A DNA stretch of 64,000 bases, taken from contig CAIJVU010000003.1 in NCBI GenBank assembly GCA_903824185.1, forward strand, positions 45,434-109,433. Direction: 5' to 3'. This document shows, one piece after another, positions 37,899-46,512 of the stretch; within the stretch, counting starts at the first letter, position 1, and every line of letters starts with the position of its first letter. A program made the position numbers and the translations under genes. Source of the stretch: an uncultured Hyphomicrobiales bacterium. GTDB lineage: Bacteria > Pseudomonadota > Alphaproteobacteria > Rhizobiales > Beijerinckiaceae. The notes beneath the pieces were generated by a model that was not told the origin of the DNA, searched no databases, and worked only from the letters and a program-made list of their open reading frames with translations.

Positions 37899-38807
37899 AT
37901 GTCGCCTTTTGAAAGTCTGGATCCGCGCTTTCATCGCCTGATCAATGGTTCGGTGCGGCTTGAAACCTTATATACGGGGTGCCGGTGGGCGGAAGGTCCG
38001 GCTTATTTTCAAGCAAGCCACAGTCTGATCTGGTCTGACATCCCCAATAATCGGCTGATGCGCTATGATAGCAGTGATGGCCATGTGAGTGTGTTCCGGC
38101 AACCCTCCAACAACACCAATGGCAATACTATCGACCGCGAAGGCAGGCTGGTGAGCGCCGAACATCTGGGCCGTCGTATTGCACGCACCGAACATGATGG
38201 ACGGATCACCGTTCTGGCCGACCGCTATCAGGGCAAGCGATTCAATTCACCCAATGATGTGATTGTCAAATCCGATGGCTCCATCTGGTTCACCGACCCC
38301 ACTTATGGCATCGATGCGGATTACGAGGGGGAATGCGCAGAAAGCGAAATCGGCGCCTCGCATGTCTATCGGATTGACCCGCAAACGGGTGCCGTCACCA
38401 TCGTCTGCGATGATTTTGTCAAACCCAATGGGCTGGCCTTCTCGCCCGATGAAAGCAAATTCTATATTGCCGATACGGGTGCGACCCATCAAGACAATGG
38501 CCCGCGCCATATCCGCGTGTTTGATGTGACATCCGGCCATCACCTGTCAGGAGGTGCGGTTTTTGCCACATGCAGCCATGGCCTGTTCGACGGCTTTCGC
38601 TTTGATGAAGCCGGACACCTCTGGACCTCGGCGGGGGATGGCGTGCATTGCTACCATCCCGATGGCACCTTGATCGGCAAAATCAAAGTGCCGGAAGGGG
38701 TGGCCAATGTCTGTTTCGGCGAAGCTTACAGAAACCGCCTGTTCATTTGCGCGACCACCTCCCTTTATGCCTGCTATCTGCAGATCAGGGGTGCCAAAAC
38801 CTATTGA
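37899..38807 (+). CDS. SMP-30/gluconolactonase/LRE-family lactonase
   Basis: It has EGP.......L.WSDI.NNR, NGNT.D..GRL, NSPNDV.V..DG.IWFTDP and PNGLAFSPDE blocks. The start ATG 37899 lies 9 nt after GGAGGA. Confidence 0.85.
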   Translation: MSPFESLDPRFHRLINGSVRLETLYTGCRWAEGPAYFQASHSLIWSDIPNNRLMRYDSSDGHVSVFRQPSNNTNGNTIDREGRLVSAEHLGRRIARTEHDGRITVLADRYQGKRFNSPNDVIVKSDGSIWFTDPTYGIDADYEGECAESEIGASHVYRIDPQTGAVTIVCDDFVKPNGLAFSPDESKFYIADTGATHQDNGPRHIRVFDVTSGHHLSGGAVFATCSHGLFDGFRFDEAGHLWTSAGDGVHCYHPDGTLIGKIKVPEGVANVCFGEAYRNRLFICATTSLYACYLQIRGAKTY

Positions 38808-38825
38808 GTCCCCAAATCGAAGAGA

Positions 38826-40088
38826 TCAGAGCATTGCAAGGGCTTTGAGGAAAAAGTCCTCAGTGCCGAAATTGCCCGATTTCAGCGCCAACGCAATGGG
38901 CTTGCCATCCGCCGCTTTGGTCCATGGCACGCCCGGATCGATTTCAGGGCCTATTTCCAGCAATGAAACCCCCAAGCCTTGCACAACCGCGCCAGACGTT
39001 TCACCTCCCGCAACCACAAAGCGGCGCGCACCGGCCTCAAACAAAGCATGCGCGACCTCCGCCAGAAGATGCTCGATCAGCTGGCCGGATTGATCACGCC
39101 CCAGCCGCTCCTGCACCTGTTTGACGGCCTCGGGGTGAGCGGTTGAATAAATCAAACAGGGCTTGTCACCCAAATGCGCTTGCGCCCAATCGAGCACAGT
39201 GGCCACGGTTTGTTTTTGATCGGCAATCGCCAAGGGATCGAGCCCCAAAGAGGGCACGCCCTGTGCCTTGGCATAGGCAACCTGCCCATTGGTGGCTGCC
39301 GAACAACTGCCCGACAGGATCACCGCCGGACCTTTGGGGGCCGAAAAGGAGGAGGCGGTTTTGTTCGATGCCAATAGCCCCGCGCGACGGAAATTATCCG
39401 GCAGTCCCAAAGCAATGCCAGAGCCGCCGGTGAGCAGCATCTCATCCGCCATGGCCTCGCCTAAAATCCGCAAATCCTGATTGCTGATGGCATCAGCCAC
39501 CACCATCACAGGGCCGTCTTTGCTCAAAGCCTGCAAGGCATCGCGCACGGCTTGCGCGCCTTGGGCTATCATCGGTTGGGCCACGAGCCTCACGGGTGTT
39601 TTGGTTTGCCGCTGCAAAACCCGCACAAGATTGGCATCGCGCATCGGCGTCAACGGATGGTCCTTCATCGGACTGTCAGACAGCAACACATCACCGACAA
39701 ACAAATGCCCGCGATAGACCGAACGTCCGTTTTCCGGAAAGGCTGGACAGGCCACGGTCAGGCGGCTGCCCAGACGCGTCATCAAAGCATCGGCGACAGG
39801 ACCGATATTGCCCTGATCGGTTGAATCAAAGGTCGAGCAATATTTGAACAAAATTTGTTTGGCACCTGATGCCAGCAAGGCCTCGCAAGCCTGCAAGGAC
39901 CATGCAATCGCCTCCTCGACCGGATTGGTGCGCGATTTCATCGACACCACCACCGCATCCGCCTCGGGCAGAGGCTGGCCCTTGGCAGGCACGCCGACGG
40001 TCTGCACCACCCGCATGCCCTCCCGCGACAACATCAATGCCACATCCGTGGCCCCTGTCAGATCATCCGCAATGACGCCTAAAAGCAT
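38826..40088 (-). CDS. four-carbon acid sugar kinase family protein (YgbK/OtnK-like, DUF1537 type)
   Basis: 420 aa. The N-terminus (MLLGVIADDLTGATDVALML) and the C-terminal AGGETSGAVV block are characteristic of the family. Confidence 0.8.
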   Translation of the reverse strand: MLLGVIADDLTGATDVALMLSREGMRVVQTVGVPAKGQPLPEADAVVVSMKSRTNPVEEAIAWSLQACEALLASGAKQILFKYCSTFDSTDQGNIGPVADALMTRLGSRLTVACPAFPENGRSVYRGHLFVGDVLLSDSPMKDHPLTPMRDANLVRVLQRQTKTPVRLVAQPMIAQGAQAVRDALQALSKDGPVMVVADAISNQDLRILGEAMADEMLLTGGSGIALGLPDNFRRAGLLASNKTASSFSAPKGPAVILSGSCSAATNGQVAYAKAQGVPSLGLDPLAIADQKQTVATVLDWAQAHLGDKPCLIYSTAHPEAVKQVQERLGRDQSGQLIEHLLAEVAHALFEAGARRFVVAGGETSGAVVQGLGVSLLEIGPEIDPGVPWTKAADGKPIALALKSGNFGTEDFFLKALAML

Positions 40089-40122
40089 TCTGTGTCTTCC
40101 TGTCGTTGAACACGATTATGTT

Positions 40123-40614
40123 TCAATAAAGTTGTTTGTCAGTCTTTGCATCCCATGCCGCAAACACGGACTGCGCATCATGGGAGGGCACATGCTGCAT
40201 GACCATGGCCCGCGCCTGCGGCGCTTTCGGCAATTCCTCGTAAAGAAAGGCATCATCAAAACCGATGGCGGCTGCGTCTTCACGGCTATTGGCATAGACA
40301 ATGCGGTCAAGGCGCGCCCAATAGGCTGCGGCGAGACACATCGGGCAGGGCTCGCAACTGCTGTAAAGCGTAGCGCCTTTCAGGCTGTAATCCCCCACCG
40401 CCTCGCAGGCCAAGCGAATGGCCACCACTTCCGCATGGGCTGTGGGGTCACGCGTTGAGGTGACTTTATTCCAGCCTTCAGACAGCACGCGCCCGCCACG
40501 CATGATCACCGCGCCAAAAGGACCGCCGTCATTGGCCTGCATATGGACACGCGACAACGCAATGGCCTGCGCCAGCGCTGCGTGATCTTCAGGGGTCAAG
40601 GGAGGAAGGTTCAT
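40123..40614 (-). CDS. guaD: guanine deaminase, CDA-fold (Bacillus GuaD type)
   Basis: 163 aa from ATG 40614. GGPFGAVI, DPTAHAEV.AIR, CEPCPMCL.A.YWAR and GFDD.F.Y are collinear with B. subtilis GuaD as I remember it. The ATG overlaps the xdhB TGA (ATGA). Confidence 0.85.
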   Translation of the reverse strand: MNLPPLTPEDHAALAQAIALSRVHMQANDGGPFGAVIMRGGRVLSEGWNKVTSTRDPTAHAEVVAIRLACEAVGDYSLKGATLYSSCEPCPMCLAAAYWARLDRIVYANSREDAAAIGFDDAFLYEELPKAPQARAMVMQHVPSHDAQSVFAAWDAKTDKQLY

Positions 40615-42998
40615 GAACCCTCCTCGTTTGGGCGGGTCATCGCATCGACGGCGCGTAAAATAGCCTCGGGTGTGGCCGGTGCATCCAGATGCACAGGCTT
40701 GCTTGGTGCCAGCGATCCGATGGCATCCATCAAGGCACAAAAGACCGACACCGCCAGCATCAAAGGCGGCTCGCCGACCCCTTTGGAGCGGTAGATCGTG
40801 GCCTCGTCATTGGGCTCTTTCCACAAGGCCACGTTGAACTGATCGGGCACATCGCTGGCCAGCGGGATTTTATAGGTGGAGGGCGCATGGGTGCGCAACC
40901 GGCCATGCTGATCATAGACAAGCTCTTCGGTCGTGAGCCAGCCAAGGCCTTGCACAAAACCACCCTCGATCTGCCCCAGATCCAGCGCCGGATTGAGCGA
41001 GTGCCCGACATCTTGCACAATGTCGGTTCGCAGCACTTTGTTTTCGCCCGTCATGGTATCAACCACGACTTCGGAACACGCGGCCCCCCAAACGAAATAA
41101 TAAAAGGGCCGTCCGCTTTTGCGTGTGCGATCCCAATCCAGTTTCGGGGTTTTGTAAAAGCCGGTGGCCGACAATTGGATGCGCGCCTGATAGGCCATGC
41201 GCACAACATCCGCAAAAGACAAAGTCTCTTCCCCGACCCGCACCTGCCCATGCGCAAATTGGATCTCCACGGTAGAACAGGAAAATTTTTCAGACAGGAA
41301 CGTTGCAAGCCGTGATCTGATCGTCAGCGCCGCATTGCGCGCGGCCATGCCGTTGAGATCGGAACTGGCAGAAGCGGCGGTGGGCGAGGCATTGGGCACT
41401 TTGTCGGTGCGCGTTGCCGCATGATGGATGGCTGCCAAGGGCACACCCAATTCATCGGCGACAATCTGCGCCACTTTCTGAAAAAGCCCCTGCCCCATTT
41501 CCGTGCCGCCATGCGCGAGATGCACGCTGCCATCGGGATAAAGATGGATCAACGCGCCGGCCTGATTGAGATGGGTCTGGGTGAAGGAAACCCCGAATTT
41601 CACAGGGGTCAGCGCCAAGCCTTTTTTGAGGATGGTCGATTGCGCGTTAAAGCGCGCAATCTCCTGCCGTTTCGCGCGGTAATCGGATGTCTTTTCCAAT
41701 TGCTCGATGATCCGCCGACCGGTGACGGACGACTCGACCTGCATGCCATAAGGCGTCAAGGTGCCGTTATGCCCGTAAAAATTGACCTTGCGGACATCAA
41801 GCGGATCCTGTCCCGTTTTGGCCGCGACCGCCTGCATCACGGTCTCGATGGCCAGCACCGCTTTCGGCGCGCCGAAACCGCGAAAGGCGGTATTGGAAAC
41901 CGTATGGGTGCGCAGGCGTTGCGAGCCGATCCGCGCGGAGGGCAGAAAATAGGCATTATCGGCATGGAACATCATGCGGTCGACTGCCCCTTGGCTGAGA
42001 TCGGCCGAACATCCGCAGCGCACCCAAAAATTCAAATCAATGGCGCTGATCTGGCCATTGGCCGAATAGCCAACCTCCCAATCCACCCGCGCATCATGAC
42101 GCTTGCCGGTCAGAACAAAATCCTCGTCGCGATCAAGCCTGATCTTGCAAGGCCGTCCCGTATGATGCGCCGCCAAAGCCGCCAAGGCCGCCCATTGCGT
42201 GGCCTGCGTCTCCTTGCCGCCAAAGCCACCGCCCAGACGCCGCACCTCGCAGCTCACCAAAGCCTCGGGCAGATCCAGCACCCGCGCCACACAGTGCTGC
42301 ACTTCGGCAGGGTGCTGGGTGGAGCTGATGAGTTGCATCTCGCGCCCCTCACCCGGCACGGCCATGGCAATCTGGCCTTCCAGATAAAAATGTTCCTGTC
42401 CGCCGATCCGCTGTTGGCCGCTCAGGCGCAGATCCGCCAGCGCCAGCGGCGGGGCATTGTCTTCCACGCCGAAATGATAATCTGGCAACACTTTGCTGCC
42501 CTGCTGTTCGGCCTGCTCGATGGTGACAAGCGGCGTTTCCGCGTCGATCTCAATGACAGCCAAACGCGCGGCACGGCGGGCAAGATCACGCGTTTTCGCG
42601 ACAACCACAAATAATGGCTGGCCAAAAAACATCACGGTTTGCGAGCCCAGCAACGGCTCGTCGCCATGGCCCAATGAAATATCATTGCGGCCGGGAATGT
42701 CATTGGAGGTGAGAACCGCCACAACCCCTTCGGCCTGTTCGACCTTGACGAGATCAAGCCGCGTGATGCGCCCACAGGCCACCGGCGATCCGCCGACCGC
42801 CAGATGCAACAAGCCGGACGGTGCTCTCAAATCATCGAGATAGGGCGCTGCGCCGCGCACATGCGAGGCGGCACTGTCATGCGGCAAAGGCTGATGCACA
42901 TGGCCTTTCGGGCCAACCTCCTGCAGAGGCGAACGGGTCACAGGCCCGTCAGGGGATTGAGACGTCTCAGACATCGGGTCCGCCTCCCTGTGGCTCAA
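40611..42998 (-). CDS. xdhB: xanthine dehydrogenase molybdopterin-binding (large) subunit
   Basis: 795 aa with GGGFGGKE, RGFG.P, GTEMGQG and GVGEPP blocks of the xanthine oxidase family Mo-binding subunit. Confidence 0.92.
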   Translation of the reverse strand: MSHREADPMSETSQSPDGPVTRSPLQEVGPKGHVHQPLPHDSAASHVRGAAPYLDDLRAPSGLLHLAVGGSPVACGRITRLDLVKVEQAEGVVAVLTSNDIPGRNDISLGHGDEPLLGSQTVMFFGQPLFVVVAKTRDLARRAARLAVIEIDAETPLVTIEQAEQQGSKVLPDYHFGVEDNAPPLALADLRLSGQQRIGGQEHFYLEGQIAMAVPGEGREMQLISSTQHPAEVQHCVARVLDLPEALVSCEVRRLGGGFGGKETQATQWAALAALAAHHTGRPCKIRLDRDEDFVLTGKRHDARVDWEVGYSANGQISAIDLNFWVRCGCSADLSQGAVDRMMFHADNAYFLPSARIGSQRLRTHTVSNTAFRGFGAPKAVLAIETVMQAVAAKTGQDPLDVRKVNFYGHNGTLTPYGMQVESSVTGRRIIEQLEKTSDYRAKRQEIARFNAQSTILKKGLALTPVKFGVSFTQTHLNQAGALIHLYPDGSVHLAHGGTEMGQGLFQKVAQIVADELGVPLAAIHHAATRTDKVPNASPTAASASSDLNGMAARNAALTIRSRLATFLSEKFSCSTVEIQFAHGQVRVGEETLSFADVVRMAYQARIQLSATGFYKTPKLDWDRTRKSGRPFYYFVWGAACSEVVVDTMTGENKVLRTDIVQDVGHSLNPALDLGQIEGGFVQGLGWLTTEELVYDQHGRLRTHAPSTYKIPLASDVPDQFNVALWKEPNDEATIYRSKGVGEPPLMLAVSVFCALMDAIGSLAPSKPVHLDAPATPEAILRAVDAMTRPNEEGS

Positions 42999-44463
42999 GA
43001 TCCGTGGCCATGCGCGGATGAATGCGCGTCGAGGCGGCAGGCAAGCCCGCTATCTCCGCCAAGGCCTTGATCAAAATACCGCGCGCCGCCTGCATGCGGT
43101 AATGGGCCGAAGCGCGATGGTCGCTCAAAGGAGAAAAATCCTCCGTCAGACGGTCTGCCGCCTGCTTCCATGTCGCCGCGGACCCAATCGGTTGCCCCTT
43201 CAAAAAGGCTTCGGCATGTGAGGCGCGTTTGGCAATGCCCGCCATGCCGCCATAAGCGAGCCGCGCCTCGGCAATCAATCCATGTTCCAAGGTCACACAA
43301 AAGGCACCGGTGACCGAGGAAATATCGTCATCAAAGCGTTTGGAGATTTTCAAAGCGCGAAAATGCATGCCCTCGCTCAAACGCGGAATATGCACAGCCC
43401 GCACATATTCCCCCGCCTGCCGGTCTTGCTGTCCATAGGCTTTGAAAAAATCCTGCAGCGGCAAAGCCCGCGCCTCACCCGCTTTCACTAGTTCGAGCAC
43501 AGCCCCCATCGCGATCAAAGCAGGCGCCAAATCGCCGACCGGCGAAGCATTGGCCAGATTGCCGCCGATGGTGCCGACATGCCGGATCTGTTCCGATCCG
43601 AAGCGTTGCATCAGGCTCTCGAAATCCGGATCAAGCCGCGACAAATAGGGAATGGCTTCGGCAAGGGGCACAGAGGCCCCCAAGACCAGACGATCCACGC
43701 CTTGGACAATCTGGCCCAGACTGCGCACACGGCCCAACCAGATCACCTGCGGCAAAATGCGCAACTCTTTGGTGATCCACAATCCGACATCGGTGGCCCC
43801 CGCCACAAGACGCGCCTCGGGGAAGCGCTCGATCAAAGCCGATAACATGGCCTCGCTGCGCGGTGCGGCGAAAAACCGCTGCGCGTCACCGACAAAAACA
43901 TCTTCTTCGTCATCAAGCGCTGCCAAGACCTGCAGACTGACGGGTTCGGTTTCCGTGAACCGATCAAGCCGCTCGCCCGCACAGACCGATACCGCCGCAT
44001 CAAGAATGGGCCGATAGCCCGTGCAGCGGCAGAGATTGCCCGACAATGCCGCTTGCGCTTTGGCGCGGTCAACCGGCCCCTCTTGATGGTAAAGCGCAAA
44101 CAGGCTCATCACCACGCCCGGCGTACAAAAACCGCATTGCGAGGCATGATGGCTGACCAAAGCCTCTTGCACGGGATGCAACATCGCCCCTTGTGCAAGA
44201 TCCTCGATGGTAATGAGTTCGGCCCCGTCAAGCTGGCCCAGCAAATGGATACAGGCATTGACGGGATGATAGACAAGCTGGCCGGAGTGATGGCGCGCCA
44301 AAATCACGGTGCAGGCACCGCAATCGCCTTCCGCACACCCTTCTTTGGTTCCGGTTGCCCCTTCTTCAAGACGCAACCAGTCCAAAATGGTGGTATGGGG
44401 ATCAAACGCCTCGATTTCAACGAGACGTCCGCGCCGTAAAAATCGTAAACCCCGACCGGCCAT
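42967..44463 (-). CDS. xdhA: xanthine dehydrogenase small subunit (2x[2Fe-2S] plus FAD-binding domains)
   Basis: 498 aa with GCAEGDCGACTV, QCGFCTPG, CRCTGYRPI, then the FAD domain (AGATD.GL) and a CO-dehydrogenase flavoprotein C-terminal-like end. Confidence 0.92.
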   Translation of the reverse strand: MAGRGLRFLRRGRLVEIEAFDPHTTILDWLRLEEGATGTKEGCAEGDCGACTVILARHHSGQLVYHPVNACIHLLGQLDGAELITIEDLAQGAMLHPVQEALVSHHASQCGFCTPGVVMSLFALYHQEGPVDRAKAQAALSGNLCRCTGYRPILDAAVSVCAGERLDRFTETEPVSLQVLAALDDEEDVFVGDAQRFFAAPRSEAMLSALIERFPEARLVAGATDVGLWITKELRILPQVIWLGRVRSLGQIVQGVDRLVLGASVPLAEAIPYLSRLDPDFESLMQRFGSEQIRHVGTIGGNLANASPVGDLAPALIAMGAVLELVKAGEARALPLQDFFKAYGQQDRQAGEYVRAVHIPRLSEGMHFRALKISKRFDDDISSVTGAFCVTLEHGLIAEARLAYGGMAGIAKRASHAEAFLKGQPIGSAATWKQAADRLTEDFSPLSDHRASAHYRMQAARGILIKALAEIAGLPAASTRIHPRMATDLEPQGGGPDV

Positions 44464-44475
44464 GCGCAGATGCTC

Positions 44476-44916
44476 TTACCAAGTGCCGGTATTGGGCATG
44501 GACAGCCACGGTTCGGCTTGCGGCAGACTGTCGCCTTTTTGCAAGAGCTCGATGGAAATGCCATCGGGTGATTTAATAAAGGCCATGCGGCCATCCCGCG
44601 GCGGACGATTGATGGTGATGCCTTTGTCCATCAGGCTTTGGCAATAGTCGTAGATATTGTCGACCTGATACGCGAGATGGCCGAAATTGCGTCCGCCGCT
44701 ATATTCATGCTCATCCCAGTTATAGGTGAGTTCCAGCACCGGCTTTTTAAACTGGCGGGCCTCGTCAAGATCATCGGACGCAGCCAGAAAAATCAGCGTA
44801 AAGCGACCGGTCTCGTTTTCAAGGCGGCGTGTTTCCGTCATGCCCATTTTGTTGCAAAAGAAATCAAGGGCGTTGTCGAGATTTCCGACCCTGACCATTG
44901 TGTGCAGATATTCCAT
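44476..44916 (-). CDS. gloA: lactoylglutathione lyase (glyoxalase I)
   Basis: The start is set at ATG 44916 (MEYLHTMVRVGNLDNALDFFCNKMGM). It has LELTYNW, GHLAY.VD and GI.IELLQ blocks. Confidence 0.85.
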   Translation of the reverse strand: MEYLHTMVRVGNLDNALDFFCNKMGMTETRRLENETGRFTLIFLAASDDLDEARQFKKPVLELTYNWDEHEYSGGRNFGHLAYQVDNIYDYCQSLMDKGITINRPPRDGRMAFIKSPDGISIELLQKGDSLPQAEPWLSMPNTGTW

Positions 44917-45033
44917 TGTCTTCCTCCTTAAGTATGAATTCAACTTGCCGTGCTTTGCCTGCGCCTTCAAGCCCAACTGTCATTGTTTCGTGACATTTGC
45001 CTGTAAAGGGTTGATTGGCTATACCAGCCCTCT

Positions 45034-46434
45034 ATGACGGAAACAGGGATCATGACCGAAAATATTAAAGAAAAAGCCGCTTTCTGGTCAATTATTGCCA
45101 GCTTGACCCTGACCATCGGCAAATTGGTGGTGGGATTACTGTCGGGATCCCTCGCTTTGATTTCGGAAGCCGGTCATGCGCTGCTGGATACCGGCGCTAC
45201 CATGATCACCTATTTTGCCATCAAGGCCGCCGACAAACCCGCTGACGACGACCATCATTACGGCCACGGCAAAATCGAGGCGCTGGCCGCTTTGATCGAA
45301 ACAAGCCTGTTGATGGTGCTGTCGGGCGTGGTGCTTTACGAGGCCTATCACCGCTTGGGGCTTGAAACGGCTCCGGTGGACGCCTCCCCGCTGGCCTTCG
45401 GGGTTTTGGTTGTGTCCATTGTTGTTGATCTCAACCGCTGGCGGTCTTTGTCGCGGATTGCCAAGGAGACACGCAGCGAGGCACTGGCTGCCGATGCCTT
45501 GCATTTCGCCTCCGACATGGTGTCCTCGGTGCTGGTGCTGATCGGTCTTGCCGCCACCGCCTATGGCTTCAAACAGGCCGACACCTTCGCCGCTTTGGGC
45601 GTGGCGCTGTTTATTGCGATTGCCAGTTTCAAATTAGGCCGCCGGACCATTGATACGCTGATCGATGCCGCTCCCGACGGGGCCAGCCAGCATTTGCGCG
45701 AGGCGATTGAACGGATTGCCGGTGTTGTCAAAATCGAGTCGCTGCGAATCAGGGCGGGCGGCGCCAATCTCTTTGCGGAAGCCACCATCGGCGTGGCCCG
45801 CACCGCATCCCATGACCGCGTCGCCCGGATCCGCAATCAGGTGCTTGATACGGCCTGCGCGCTTTACCCTGAGATCAATCTGACCTTGTCCACCATTCCC
45901 GTGGCTTTGGACGAGGAGAGCGTGCTGGAACGCATTTTGCTGATTGCCGCGCATAGAAGGGTGCCTGTCCATCATGTCACGGTCCAGAGTCTGGGCGAGA
46001 GCCTGTCCATTAGCCTGGATATCGAGGTGGATGCCCGCATGAGTCTGGGGGCGGCCCATGCCATTGCCTCACGGCTCGAAGCAGCCATCAAACATGAATT
46101 TGGTGAAAAAACCGAAGTGGAAACCCATATCGAGCCGCTGACGGTTGCTTTGATTGAAGGCGTTGATGCACCCGATGCGATCAGGCAGTCGATTACGGCC
46201 AGTTTGACCGAACAGGCCTGCGCCAAAATCACCGATATCCACAATGTCCGGGTACGCGAAAACAAGCAGGGCCTGATCGTCAATTATCACTGCCGCGTCG
46301 ATCCCGCCTTAACGGTTGCAGACATCCACAGCCTTGTCGACCGGCTGGAACAGGATATAAGAGCGCGGTTTCCGCAGATTGCCCGTATTGTCAGCCATAC
46401 GGAGCCCTTGCGAACCACCCCCGACGACCATTAG
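45034..46434 (+). CDS. cation diffusion facilitator (CDF) transporter with three tandem C-terminal cytoplasmic (ZT_dimer-like) domains
   Basis: 466 aa. The TM2 (SEAGHALLD) and TM5 (ADALHFASD) metal-site motifs sit in a roughly 205-aa membrane domain. Three alpha-beta modules of about 75 aa follow, ending in ..TLSTIP, ..ETHIEPL and ..VSHTEPL. Confidence 0.82.
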   Translation: MTETGIMTENIKEKAAFWSIIASLTLTIGKLVVGLLSGSLALISEAGHALLDTGATMITYFAIKAADKPADDDHHYGHGKIEALAALIETSLLMVLSGVVLYEAYHRLGLETAPVDASPLAFGVLVVSIVVDLNRWRSLSRIAKETRSEALAADALHFASDMVSSVLVLIGLAATAYGFKQADTFAALGVALFIAIASFKLGRRTIDTLIDAAPDGASQHLREAIERIAGVVKIESLRIRAGGANLFAEATIGVARTASHDRVARIRNQVLDTACALYPEINLTLSTIPVALDEESVLERILLIAAHRRVPVHHVTVQSLGESLSISLDIEVDARMSLGAAHAIASRLEAAIKHEFGEKTEVETHIEPLTVALIEGVDAPDAIRQSITASLTEQACAKITDIHNVRVRENKQGLIVNYHCRVDPALTVADIHSLVDRLEQDIRARFPQIARIVSHTEPLRTTPDDH

Positions 46435-46512
46435 ACCTGATCGCGGAGGCGGTGGCCTGTCAAAGGCCCTGCTCAGCCCCCGCGTTTTTATTTTGAGATA
46501 GGCGTTTGTTCC

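Noticed and set aside
41421-42614. Long antisense ORFs opposite confident genes. Examples: 397 aa opposite xdhB; 6025..7047 opposite gor; 20992..21948 opposite moaA; 25642..26553 opposite dctP; 26928..27836 opposite emrB; 49674..50864 opposite the PAS kinase; 56305..57459 and 62799..63626.
   Set aside because: Their translations are Arg/Gly/His/Pro-rich low-complexity strings with no recognisable motifs. The opposite strand in each case carries a motif-rich, full-length family member. These are typical shadow ORFs of GC-rich coding DNA.
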